Assembly: GCA_010093815.1 (NCBI GenBank)
Contig: ML996567.1
From: Pseudovirgaria hyperparasitica
Taxonomy: Eukaryota
Length of the DNA stretch: 64,000 nucleotides
Reading direction: 5' to 3' (one strand)
The notes under the pieces were generated by a model, which saw only the letters and a list, made by a program, of their open reading frames with translations, was not told the origin of the DNA and searched no databases. Below, piece after piece: positions 11,647 to 24,800 of this stretch. Within the stretch, counting starts at the first letter, position 1; each line of letters begins with the position of its first letter. The translations under genes were made by a program, and so were the position numbers.

Positions 11647-14376
11647 CCCGATATAAGTCTAGCCACCGTTATCTTTGTGGTGAGACTTGTTCAAGATGTT
11701 CTCAATAATAGGTCCAGGACAGAACTTGACGGCTTGTCTAAGTGGAGCGGTAAGTCCAGTAGAGCGATGCAAGTTTGACAAGAAGCGCGTGCGATTGTGT
11801 TGAGTGAAATCCTCGGTTCAAATCACATTTTCCGGGCTGTTCTGATGTTATCCGCCTTGTAACAATGAAGATGCAAGAGATGAAGATCTGTCAGATCTGT
11901 AGATAACATCATTGGTGCCTGGCGCACGCTCGGGCCACACATGGATCTTCAGCTAGAGCTTAGATCTCACTCTTTACCTACTTGGGTAGAGCTAGTAGTA
12001 GAGCATCGATTTAAGCGAGTAATTAATCGAGGATCTAATTAGCTTTAGAGTCCTAAGAGCCATATATACTCTTTGGAGATAGAATAGCCGTAGATACATA
12101 TAATGAAGTATCAGTGGTTCTTATCTTCATAACCTTATATCTACTAAAATATCTTGAGTATTATCTACTTGACTAAGTTGACTTATCGATTGAATCCATA
12201 GGCTGATTCGAAGCTTCATGCTGGGTAATTACGTCTAGTCTTATCGAAGATGGCATAAGCACCACTAATCCCCCCAAGTCTCTTACCTTCCAAAGATTGG
12301 CCCAAGGCAAAGGCATGTACACTCTAAATCTATTCAAGCTCAATCTGGGCCGAGAAAAATATAGAGAGAATATAAGCTTAATCTACGCCTTAAAACGATT
12401 CTCAAGACGGTCCAATCTTATCTATTCAGTTGTTTACATACTGGATTAAACATATGAGTCCACAAAGAGCGGATACTTTGTTACCCACGGGGGGGGGGGG
12501 GATAACGTAAGGCTTCTATGTGTAGCTAAATTACTCGATTTTTAGTAGGGTTCTAGTAGTGAGTTTCTTAATATATCTAACTCTATAACACAAGGGAGTT
12601 TATTACTTAGAGACGTACAATTCAAGGCCTTATATACGACTATACTAGTCGAATATAGACAGGTTCGAGGAGAATTAGGTGGCCATTCTATGTACGACGT
12701 ATCTACGTATGTTAAAGCTTCTTAGGTTCTTAGATATTTTAACCTATTTGAAGAACCTTAATTACTACCTCGCCATATTTGCTCTTGAATTAATCTAATA
12801 TAAAGTCAACCTAATCCCTTGGCTCAGATTGCAAGCTCAACCTGTACTGTTAGAGTAACTAATTATATAATTCCTATCTAGGCCTTCGGATTGTATCCGG
12901 TGGTATATACCCATGTCTTATTGGCCTCAGAAACGATTCGCAATCCAACGGTGACAAATTACCGACCCAGGAATGCTTCGGCGACCATGCGGACGACATG
13001 GTAGGGAGCAGATTAAGGAGAAGAAAACAATGGCGGGCGCAAAGTCATAACCTTCTGAGCTCCCGCACCCAGCTCAAATATGAAGCCTTGTTTCGCGACT
13101 CTAACTGCTACGCAAGACTCCCTAGCACCGTCTGCTCCTGACTCTGCGGCCGAAACGCAAGCTGCCGACGGACCTTAGCCGGATTCTCCTACTGCGGTAT
13201 GACCTAACGTGACAAGGAATGTGTATCTAACGTGATTCCTTCGTTGGATATATCGGCTATGAGCGTGAGACCGGGGCTGGCTCATCGTTTATAACGAAGC
13301 GGCCTTGGGGTTACCTTTCAACAGATAGTTTGTCTAGGAGATTGAAACATAGCCGAAGGAATGCTGATACAAGTTCTACGTCATCATAGCATATTTCAAA
13401 TTTTACATTGGTAGCCACATCTATATCGATGGAAAGCATGGCAGAAACTTTAATATCGTCTTTGATACCCTTTCATCACTATCCACTACTACACGATAAG
13501 TTTAACAGCCTGATAAGATTCCAGATGTAAATACAAAGTCCCATCGTTTTTCTTCTTACCTCTACGGTAAGACGGGATGGAGAATGTATACAAATATATT
13601 AAATTCTGATATAATGGATAACTCTAGTGTTGTTTTTTCATTGGCCTAGTACGTCTAATTCCATAGAGAATCAAGGGTAGTGGTTTTAGATATTGTAAGG
13701 ATGGAGATAATGAGAGCGATCGTGGGAGATAGGTTGGTCTAGTATTGGGTGTACATACGTTCATATAGAAATGAAAATAGTAATAAGAATAAGGAGGAGG
13801 AGAAGTAAAAGGAGGCGGAGGGTTATACAGTAAAGTAGTACCTTAAGTGGATAGGGATAATATCAATATGAAAGGAAGGGAAGGCAAGGAAAGGAAAGGG
13901 AGAGGACTACGTGTCGAATGTGCATGTGAAATACTTTCTTACTTATAGAATTTTTCAATATGGCTTCAATCCCTCGTATTCTGGTATGGAGACTGTATGT
14001 TCGGTAGGGGATAGGCGATATACAATAAGTAGGCATAGTCTTTCGTGTAAAGAGTTTGATGCAAGAAGGACAGAGCACGTAGTATTAGTAGAGTGATAGG
14101 ATTTAGAAGAGGTGCGTGAAGGAAAAAGTATAAGTATAATATCAACGAGATCTATTATTTATCTCCTCACCGTTCTTGCTTACGCCCTCAGCCGTTCTAT
14201 ATATGATGGAGGTCTACAATAGAAGATGAAATTTGGCGCGAGGTTAGGCTCATTCCTATGCTAAAAACTCGATCCTCAATCACGCACAAGTCAGTCATAA
14301 CGATATGACATAGATACATGCTTTAGCTTATCCTTCGGTAGACCTTAAATATAATTCGATAGACGATCTACATAAA

Positions 14377-15433
14377 TCAGGAAGGCCACGGGATACCATG
14401 AGCAATTTTCCTAGCCAGGTCGATAGCATTCGTACATAGCGCTTCGAATTCGAGTCTGTATGTCTCAAACACGCAGAGGAGATCGGCCGTTATCGGCTCG
14501 GCGTCGCAATGAAGAAGTTCGCGAAGAACGTTGACTAGAGAGACGAACCTTTGGGCGCCGCAGTTGAACGCTATACCTGCAAACTGCTCCATATAGCACA
14601 AAGCATCTTCTGCGACGACAATACGGTCCTAGTACCAGACTTTCGAGAAGCCCATTTCCAGATTGAGGGGGGTCGACACTTGACCGTCTTCTAATGTTCT
14701 TGCAGACGAACTTACCTATCAAGGCTGCGCGAAGGCCTCGCGACCAGTTTTTGTGACATTTATAGACAGCTGGTAAGGCCCTGGCAAGTCCTCAGTGCAA
14801 CTTCACCGCGTCCAGAAACGACATGGTCTCCGAATCTGCTTGAACGATGCTCATAGAGCGTACTCTGTTTCGTGTCGTCGTTCGAGGATATCCCGATGAG
14901 ACACTAAACAGCTAGATCTTCTTCGATAGATCCGTTCTCGAGGGTGATGCGAACGCCATTCTTGGAGACTTCGCTGTCGTTCACCTTGCTATACACCCGT
15001 AGGACCTTCTCGTAATGGGTAGAGTGCTGAGAAGCTTGTCTATGAGAGCCTCGCGCTCTAAACCCACACTGAACTACCCATGACTAAATCATACTCTTGA
15101 ACAGAGCGTCAAATCGGATAGACAGTGTTGTAACGTACTTCCCCTGGAAGACCGGATCCCGTTCGTTTTTCGCAGGACACGACCGTCGGTCAGGGGATCG
15201 GACCTTCTCGATCATAGAGACCCCAACGCTGTAAATTATCCAACAGTCAAAACTGTTGGAATACTCGTAGCGTATTGACTCGAAGGAACAAGGATCCACC
15301 TCGCTTGCCTGTGACGCTGGATTCCTCGCGGACAATACAGTCGAGTTTGAAGGTCGTGAAGGACATATGCCGCGAAAAGACCGATCGGACCACCATCGAC
15401 GACAAGCATGCGGAAACTACTGGTTGAAGACAT
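14377..15433 (-). pseudogene. Decayed FAD-dependent monooxygenase (PaxM-like group A flavoprotein monooxygenase)
   Basis: Fragments in different frames: FRMLVVDGGPIGLFAAYVL (broken GxGxxG), VNDSEVSKNGVRITLENGSIEE, and LEMGFSKVWY*DRIVVAEDALCYMEQFAGIAFNCGAQ (decayed W..DRIVLVGDA.H...P..G.G.N.G motif) with an in-frame TAG at 14631-14629. Confidence 0.75.
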
Positions 15434-18196
15434 TGCGCTGATACCGATGTTAGAGAGAAGGTGTCAAAGCACTCACATGCATGAGGACTTGCTGTCAGGA
15501 GATCGTGCTAACGACAGTATTAGTCTCTCAGACTTGACGAGGTGAATGATCAAGTAGATACAGATCAAGAGGAACGTGCATGGTCCTGGCGGCTCTGCGA
15601 TCTCCGTCACTGACGCAAATAGAACCTCTCGCATATTGCTACAGGGTCATTCCGCGCTGATAGATAAGCCATCAATCTTGTTCGTAATCGTATCATTGCG
15701 TTCGTAGGACCGATGGCCTGCATACTCGGCCCGTCGCAAGTCTCTGCACGACAGTGCAACAGTATAACGGGGGAAGAAGCCAATGCGCTTCTTCCCAGTC
15801 CCGCTACTGGCGGAGTGATAGAAGGATACGAGAACGAAAGGCCCGATCGACTGAACTGATAGAGTCATCAATCATCGTCATTCAGCGGCTACGCCACGGT
15901 CAGAACTGGGGCCAGCCTCGTCGTGAGTAGCATCTAGATGTCGGTATCGCGGGTTTGAGCGCATCCCCTTGCTTGTACAACATTTCGAGCACTATGATCA
16001 ATTAGAGGGTATCCCCTGCCACTTTCTAGTGCCACCTTATGATCAACACTAGAAGTTTACAGTGCGGAAAGAGAATATATGCCGTTGTGCCATTGGAGCA
16101 TATAGATTATAGAATATAAGCGCTGTAGATTCGGGGTAGTGCCAGTCCCACGGGCAAGAATATGCATGCTGCCACTTTCAAAACAGTACATCATCGATGT
16201 CCAGGCAAATGACTTGGTAAAAAATGGGCAGGGGTCAGGGGACCAGGACAGTGTGAGATGAGATAAGCAGTGTAATTGCCAGGGGGCGGAGTTTTTGATC
16301 CAGGAAAAAGGCAAAAAGGCAAAAAAAGGACCGATACCAGACGCTTTCTCCAACCGATCTGGCCATCTTGGCATCTACCAACACGATAGTCAGCTACCAA
16401 CAATTGGGAGCTCTCAAGAGGGTACTGTGGTACCCAGAAAAGGCAAATGGGGCCCAGGGCCTGCATAATTCAAAAGTTAGCCTGTGTTGTGATGTGGATA
16501 TTGATGTTCAGCTCTGATTTCGGGTTCCCCCAGTAGGAAGAGATGATTATCGAAGGCTCTTTGGATCATTGAGCTAACCTCGTGCGAGATGGCTTCTTGT
16601 TGGACAACCATCGGTTTTGAGCGGCTACGCTATAGAGAGATGACAGGGCGAAGTGCACCTGCTAGAATTGAAGACATAGTCTGGCGCGAGGATTGTAGTG
16701 TTTCCCAACCTTGACGTTGCCTCCGATCGCTCGCAGTTTTGCAAACAGAGAGAGCTATGATCCTATTGTTATCCATGTGAGACGGATGGCAAGGCTCAGA
16801 TAGATTCCAAAGCTCAGAACCGAACTTGTGTTCTGTGAGAATAAGCCCTCCTCGAGAGTGAGAGTGACGTCCAAGACTTGGGGGCCGAAAACCCCAGATC
16901 CATCCATCTAAGACTAAACGAGACCTGTGGGGAACCGTTGCCAAGCTTTCCGTGCCGTGCCGTATCAAACTCGGGGCCTACGTAGGTACCTTGCAGGTGA
17001 GTGCTGCACTAGCCTCGTATTCATGAAGCCCTACATCAATGAACACGGGCAACTTGGACACACGATCAACATCAGTGACGACGTGCGAGAGCTCTCGCAT
17101 CATATCATACAAGACCTTTCATATGCACCGCCTGAAAGACTGCAAGCTGTTCTTTAGGCGGTGCGAGGGACCTCTCTCTCGAACTGCTGCAGTACTGGTC
17201 AGCGCTTATCCTGCATGGTGCATCGTGGTCTAGAAATCTCCCAGTTAAACCCTTAGGGGGCGTGCCGCGTGCATAGATAGGCGCCTAGAGTACCGCGCTG
17301 CCGCTTGGACGAAGGATACTGCCACTAAGTAGAGTTCTGGGTCTATCAGCTATCAGCATTGTACTGAACTAGCCTTTCACATAAGTCTGTAGCAGATCCC
17401 AGTGACTTTAGATCATGTAACGAAGTTAATGGCGTAGCTGAGGCGGGGCATGGATCAGACATCCAAGAGCCGGCATCCATGGAAGCGCGATATTCCACGG
17501 CATCCTGCAAGGGCGATCCTGCAGTTGATGAGACAAGTGATCTTACCGGCCAATAGCAATCAACGATCATCCAAATAATCCTGGCCGAGCGTTTTATGAG
17601 CCGTGTGGTGCATTTGCCCGGCCACTCCAGCCGCTCTGCACCTGAGGCTTGCAAGAGGGCATCTACTGTGTAACAGTGGGCCAGTATATTCTTAGCATGA
17701 CAGACAGCCTCGCGAAGATTTGACTGATGGATGTAGAAGACGATGCCGCATATAAACCCTGCACATTTCATGAGTTAGAGTGGGCCTCTCGAATGGTGAC
17801 GCATGTTCATTCGACCGACTCACCAGCGACATACCGTAACCTCTGACCGAGGATTCATCTTGCCTTATTGCGCCACGGCAACGAATTCCAAACAGAGGAC
17901 ATCGAAATTGAATGCTTCGGTGACTGCTATACGTATGCAGCGATCTTGGTAACACGCATCGAAAGCGTAGGTATCAGCTCGGCAATGTACAGCTCGATAC
18001 ATACTTAAAAGACTCCCGACACTAAATACCGGTTCGCGGCGAATCTTTGGGTTACAGGACATGGAAGATACTTGAAATTGCACTTTGCTTTCCAAACGTA
18101 GTCATTGTTCAATACGTAAGCTTCTTTAGGTTAACATCAATCGCTCGAACCATCTTTCTACTTCACAAGCAGAGTCTCAGGAACTTTGCAGATCAA

Positions 18197-19312
18197 TCAC
18201 TGTGCGCCACCAGTCGATAGTTCGTCGAATTGAAGAAGTGATTTGCCCGAATTAGCTCCAGAGAACATCGCTAGGAAGCCCTTTGGCGCATTCTCTATGC
18301 CTATCGTCACGTCATGTTTCGGCGGCGCCACTGTCTTCTGGAGCAGATATCCATACATAGTTTGTCCAAACTGCTCCGCATGTTTCTGCAAGAGATGAGG
18401 GTCTGAGACGATGAAACCGCTCATTGTCAGCCTCTTGAGCATGAATTCCATGAGATTTCGAACACCATAGCGATTCTGTGGTTCCAAGTTGTACTGAGAG
18501 ATTGCTCCACAGCTGACTATAGGTAATTTAGTGAGATCTCATATAGCTTGAACATCGCAACACTCACCAATTCGGCCAAAATCTTTCATGTTATCGATAG
18601 CGATCTCTAAGTGTTCTCCTCCAACGTTATCAATGTAGATATCGATACCCTCAGGTGCGAGTTCTTTCAATGCTACCGCAGGACTAGTTTCCTTGTAGTT
18701 GAAACCGACAAAGCCCAACTTCTGGATGTATTCGAGCTTCTCCTGGGATCCTACGCTTCCGACCACTTTCAGACCTTCCAGAAGAGCGAGCTGACCAACC
18801 AAAGTGCCTACAGCACCGCTAGCGGCAGAAACCCAGAGGGTCTCGCCCTTTTTTGGTTTCCCATACTCATAAAGAGACACCCACGCGCTCATACCGGCAG
18901 TTCCAAGAATACCAGTAAAGTATTTCCAGTCAAGGCCAGCAGGATTAAACAAAGGTCGTACCGTAGGCATATGGGACTCGGGGACTACACTGTACTCCGA
19001 GGTTGCGAGCATTCCCCATACAACATCCCCAGGCTTGAAACCTGGGTTGTTCGATTTGAGCACCTTTGCGACTGCTCCATTGATGAAAGGCTTGCCTCTG
19101 ACAAAAGGAATAGCCCAGGTCTGGCTATCCGGATCTCGCATCAGACCACGTTGATAAGGATCAAAGGAGGCATAGTAAGTTTTGACCGTGATACAGCCTT
19201 GCGGTGGGGCTGTCTCCAAGTCGAACTCGCCAGTCTCAACAGCGAAATGTTCGCCCTCGACAGGTGTTTCGAGCGGAGGACTCTTGAAAATGAGGGCCTG
19301 ATTTCGTACCAT
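18197..19312 (-). CDS. NADP-dependent MDR-family oxidoreductase (prostaglandin reductase / alkenal reductase-like), 2 exons
   Basis: Start MVRNQALIF; SFDPYQRGLM, GETLWVSAASGAVG, GIDIYIDNVGGE; intron 18567-18517 joins FGRI|VSCGAISQYN; terminal GANSGK. Confidence 0.92.
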
Positions 19313-20259
19313 TGTTGATATGGCTGCGGCTGTAGAGAAAACGACGAAGAGATTTGAGGGTAAGAAGCGCACAGGTCGGATTCTTTAGGACGCCGGTTCA
19401 CTCTTGATCTTCCTTGGGGTTCCCCTGTGCCACGCAGCAAGTGATCGCCCTACTGCCCTGGAAACCTTCGTGGGCCTACTCATGCTAGCCAGATCGAGTG
19501 ATTGTTTTACCTTCACTCCATGCGAACAAGGCGCAGTCATCGCTGGTCGCTACGGCTGAAATGCAGTAATTTTGCAAGGGAGTTCGATATAACTTCACCG
19601 AAAATGACCGAGCTGAACTCCGCCTCCTCATCGTTTAGATTGTCGTCGAACATCCATCCCGGTCTTCTTGCTGTGCCTCTCGGAATAGTTGGTTTTCGTA
19701 CTTCTGCGCCAAGCCTTGGCGTCAGCCATCTCCCTGCGACTTGAAATCAGTTTAGGTTAGTTAGAGACCGCGAGGACATGGTGGGAACTCATCAACATGT
19801 ATGTTATTTTCGAACATCAACATGATCTTTTCATTCTGCGATGATCTTTACTGAGAATGATCGTAGGACAAGAAATAGTTAACTCCACTAATAGTCGCTT
19901 ACAAAGACAGTACTCCGGGCACTTCTTTAGGTTAGTGTGAACGTGTGTAACAGTTGGAACCTTAGCTCAAAACTTCGAAACCTTGAAATAACCTGAACCA
20001 TGAAAATTCACATTACACAACCTGATCACTTCACTCGATCTGTGCCAACGTATGATTGTAATTCTACCTGTCTGATGTGGCTCAGCCTCGCAGTGGTCCG
20101 CCACCATGCGCTCGTGCTCTCCTTCAGGATGAGGCTTGAGCCGCTCATCCGCCGTCGCAGCAAGCTGTACAATGCTATAAGAAATGGATTGAAAGAAATG
20201 AGATGATTTTGTACGTGCTGATTTAAGCTGAATCTCGTGGCAGTTAAGGTGGACACGTA

Positions 20260-21371
20260 TCAGCGGCTTTCGGCATCTATTTGGCTCCATTCCAACTGGA
20301 TCTCGTTGCTCACATGAATATGAGCCTCATCAGACTTGTTGTCTCGAGCCTTGCTCGTGCTAGCAGTGATACCATAGCTTCTAAGACCTGTTATCCTGTT
20401 TAGCTGCGATACTGTTGCCAAGAATAGTGGTCGAATGGCCGGCAGGCAGGCAGCCATCAAGTAGACTCCAGGCTCTACTATGGTCCAGACAAGCAAGTTT
20501 GCTGTAACGTAGGTGCCATCAGTGAGGACATCGATTGAGAAAAAATAGGAGAAGCGGACAATAGCAGCAATGATTCCACTGAAGATGAGTTAGCATGTCT
20601 TCAACTGTCATTTTCGAAATCATGACTTACACACTACCAGTGACAAAAACGAGAGAAAGCGCAATTTTCTGCGCGGTGGACATCTTAAGCCTCCAAACAA
20701 CCGGGAGTGGGAGTATTAAAAGTGCTACATCCGTAACAATGTTCGGGAAGCTGATCCAGCGCCAATACTGGATTGAATCTATGCACACTGAAGTGGGATT
20801 ATGAAGCATAATTTGAAGATTCCACCGTGCGCTGAATGGTTGGCACTGAGCAAGCGAAGCGATGATACCAGCAGTCGCGTTTGCTATCATGACTCCGCAG
20901 ACCAGCAGAGTCGCAATGCGGTAAGGCATCTCTGTGAAAATCCGAAGGTATGTGGCTGCAATGGATAGCTTGGGTAGAGAGACTGCGACGCAGTATAACT
21001 GCTCAACCGCATAGGCACATTTGGCCCAGTTCTTCACAGCCTCTGGGTCAGTGACCAACACTACTGGCAAATGACGTCCCACGCCGGCAATCTCAACCTC
21101 CACTGCGTATGGATTAGCTACGTGATGGCACCGTGGATTCAGCGAATCTCTCACCTATGGCACAAGCGCTCAGCCCAAGGCAAATGATGAGTGCAGAAAC
21201 AATAAGGAAGTCATCCGTGGCAAGTTGCAGTCGAGAAACCTTTCGAGATATGAACCGCAGGCTCACGAATGTGATATCCAATATAGCGAAGGTTATAGCA
21301 GTACCATAGGCTCGGGGACCAATGTTCTCTGCGGCGTATTCAGGCGAAAGTACTGACTGACTCATGTTCAT
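20260..21371 (-). CDS. Pth11-like / SAT4-family rhodopsin-domain integral membrane protein (no CFEM domain), 3 exons
   Basis: Introns 21154-21103 and 20630-20579; motifs FVSLRFISR, DDFLI, GVGRH, KLSIAATYLRIF, QCQP, TDVALLILPLP, WTIVEPGVYLMAACLPAIRP; start at 21371 or 21365. Confidence 0.9.
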
Positions 21372-21839
21372 GTGGTGACTGCTGGCGTTCAGTATCAGGA
21401 GCATTCTTCGCCAGTATTCGCACGGCGTGCTTATAAGAAGACACTATAATTAGAGTTGCCGCGCATAGATTGTTGTGAGCCAAATTTCCGCCCTCTATCG
21501 GCGGGTAGGCTTGCATGATGACTGCAGGTGTTAGCTCCAACAGTTGTCGAACCCTAGTACTGTTGCATGCAGAACCCCTTGCGTTCAACCATAAGGCAAA
21601 ATCAGCCGCCCAGGACTTCCACGATAACCGTTAGTCTGTCATTCCTCGGCTTTAATGGCTGCAGTTGTCGAATGTAAACGATTAGTAGTAGGCCAGATCT
21701 CAGCTGACTTAAGTACATGTTTCCTGACTGCATCTCCATTTAGTGGATTCTTATAGGAAAACATTGTTCTAGATTTACTCCCCGACACCCTACAACATCC
21801 TTGCTGATAACGTATCAGAGTCCTACAAGCTTGGTCATT

Positions 21840-24800
21840 ATGGCCTGTACACTCCAAAGTGAGCGTGTGGACAATGTCAGTGATGCAATTGCGATTATAG
21901 GCATGGGTGAGTCGGTCCCACGACTGGACCTCGTAGCTTACTCACAGCGGACACAGGCTGCCGACTCCCCGGAGATGTGAAGTGTCCTTCAGATCTGTGG
22001 AATATGCTTCTGCGTCAGCAGGTAGCAAATTCGGCAAGGGTTCCATCCTCTAGATTCAATATTGCTGCTTTTCTACATGAGAATCCCGAGCGTCCTGGCA
22101 GCTTTAATGTCCCTGGGGGATATTTCCTAGACGATGACCTAGAATATTTTGACCCAACTATGTTCAACTTATCTCCCATTGAGGCAGCGTGGATGGATCC
22201 ACAGCAACGAAAACTTCTAGAAGTGGTCTATGAAGCTATAGAAAATAGTGGCACTCCGATGCACAAGGTTGCAAGTCAAGTCACGGGTTGCTTCGCTGCT
22301 TCATTTGTCAGTGACTGGCAGCAGATGATAATGAAAGAACCAGACTTCCGTCATTCATATACAGCAACGGGAGTGGACCCGGGAATACTTGGCAATCGTA
22401 TTAGCCATGTGTTCGGACTGCGAGGTCCCAGGAAAGTTCAGAAAAGGTTAATATGCCCCCATCACTAACAATTCATAGTGTACTCATGAACACTGCTTGC
22501 TCGTCCACCATGTATGCTCTTGATGCTGCTTGTAATGCAGTCCGTCGTGGAGAATGCGAAGGTGCCATCGTGGGAGGCGCTAATCTGGTCGTAACGGTTG
22601 ATCAACAGATCAATACGGCTAAACTTGGAGTGCTCTCGCCAACAAATGCTTGCCATACTTTCGATGAATCTGCTGATGGTTATGGAAGAGCTGACGGCGT
22701 TGGAGCCCTGTATATCAAAGGACTAGCAGCGGCTATGAGAGATGGAGATCCGATCAGGGGAGTCATCCGATCCGTGTGTACTAATGCGTATGTTGAAGTC
22801 TGATATGACTCAGACACGCAGCGTATTGACAAGAGATACAGCAATGGCCGACATTCAGACAATGGAATCACCTACCCAAGCATACAAGGGCAAAGGGACG
22901 TAATCCTCAAAGCTTATGAGCTGGCAGGACTAAGCCCCGACCTTACTACATACATAGAAACTCACGGTACAGGCACAAAGATAGGTGATTCTATCGAATT
23001 GCACGCAGTCTCACAAGCTATGAGGCCTATGGGCACTTCTGACAAGCCAATATTGGTTGGGAGTGTAGGTCAACGTCCTTAACATCATCTCACGCACTCA
23101 ACTGAGATATCACAGGTCAAGCCGAACGTGGGCCACAGCGAGGCTTCCAGCAGCATTGCTACCATCATGAAGGTTGTGATGGCGTTGGAGAATAAAGTCA
23201 TTCCACCAACTGCTGGAGTACGACGACTCGCCCGAAACAGTAAGTGCTGGTTCATCTGCATTAGAATTGGGCACTGTGGAAATGTACTAAGCCTCCTCTA
23301 GTCGACTGGGAAAACTGGAAGGTAAAGGTGGTAACGGAGCCTACGCCATTCCCTACGGAACCAACAGTTCGGCGCGTCGGTGTGAGCGCCTTTGGATATG
23401 GCGGCACAAATGGCCACGCAATAGTAGAAAATGTCGAGAATCTCGTCCCAGACTACAGGGGTCATAAACTTCCGAGCCATAGCGCTATGGATTCCAAAAA
23501 TCTGGACGCACAGAGGCCCTTCCTTCTACCATTCTCTGCTCACAATAAAATTAGCCTTCGAAAAAATATCAAGACTTACGCAGCCTTTAGACCTATTCCT
23601 AACTTGCTAGATTTGAGCTATACCCTCAGCAGTCGTCGCACTGCTTTAGGCTACCGTACCTTTGCGGTATGTTACAAGCATGAGTTCGATAATGGCATGC
23701 TACTTGCGCTCGAGCGCAATGTATGGCACGCAAAAGAGAACGAGTCGGTCGCTTTTGCTTTCACAGGTACTCAACCTTCGAGACTGTATACGTGCAGGAA
23801 GATAATGATGACTTCAAATAGGACAGGGCGCTCAATGGACACAGATGGGCCTTTGCCTGATGCGCTGCTACCCCTCATTCCGACATAGTATTCAAGATCT
23901 TGACTCGATCCTCTCTGGCACTGAAACGCCTCCATCATGGACCCTGTTGGGTAAGTCGACCAGATCGCACCTTACTTCCATTTTTACTCATGCAAGTGGT
24001 ACAGGGACTCTCGAACGGACTGAAGCAGACAATCTGATTAATGAGCCTACATATTCGCAGCCTCTGTGCACTGCTATTCAGATAGCCCTTGTTGATCTGC
24101 TGTTTTCTTGGGGAGTAAAGCCAGCTGCTGTGATAGGCCATTCGTCAGGTTAGAGACATTCTCAACCTATCATATGTACCGTCTGTTTCCTAATGGTGCA
24201 AACAGGAGAGATCGCAGCGGCATATGCAGCTGGGATCATATCATCTAAACAAGCCCTTCTCCTCGCGTACTATCGCGGAAAGGCGGTTGCTCAGAAGCAA
24301 AGTGACGGAGCCATGCTGGCCGTTGCGAATACTTTGGACGAAGCCAAGCATAGAATCCAGCGATTTGAGGGCAGAGTCGCTGTTGCGTGCATAAATTCGC
24401 CTTCCAACGTAACCTTGAGCGGAGAACGCTGTGCGATCGAGGAACTCAAGGAAACTTTCGACAAGGCGGGTATCTTTGCTAGAGCACTCAAAACCTCTGG
24501 AAATGCATACCATTCGCACCTCATGAAACCCGTTACTGGAATTTACGAATCGTACATAAGCGACCTTTTCGTAGACGCGGCGCCTAAGAAAGGAACGTGT
24601 CCCATGTTTTCAACGGTCTCTGGATGCATGGTTGATGAGAGTGAGCTTAACCCAGAGTATTGGGTAAAAAACTTGATTAGTCCAGTACAATTCGCCGATG
24701 GATTCAAGCATATGGTCGAATCAACTGGCAATATTGGATGTGTCTTGGAAATTGGCCCTCATGCTGCATTATCCGGTCCCATCCGTCAGCTTATCATGGC

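Noticed and set aside
18611..19318. 235-aa plus-strand ORF
   Set aside because: Antisense shadow of the oxidoreductase, with no motifs.
21372..21839. Zn2Cys6 binding sites in the PKS/Pth11 divergent promoter
   Set aside because: Scattered CCG/CGG triplets are present, but I found no spaced motif convincingly shared with the other cluster promoters.
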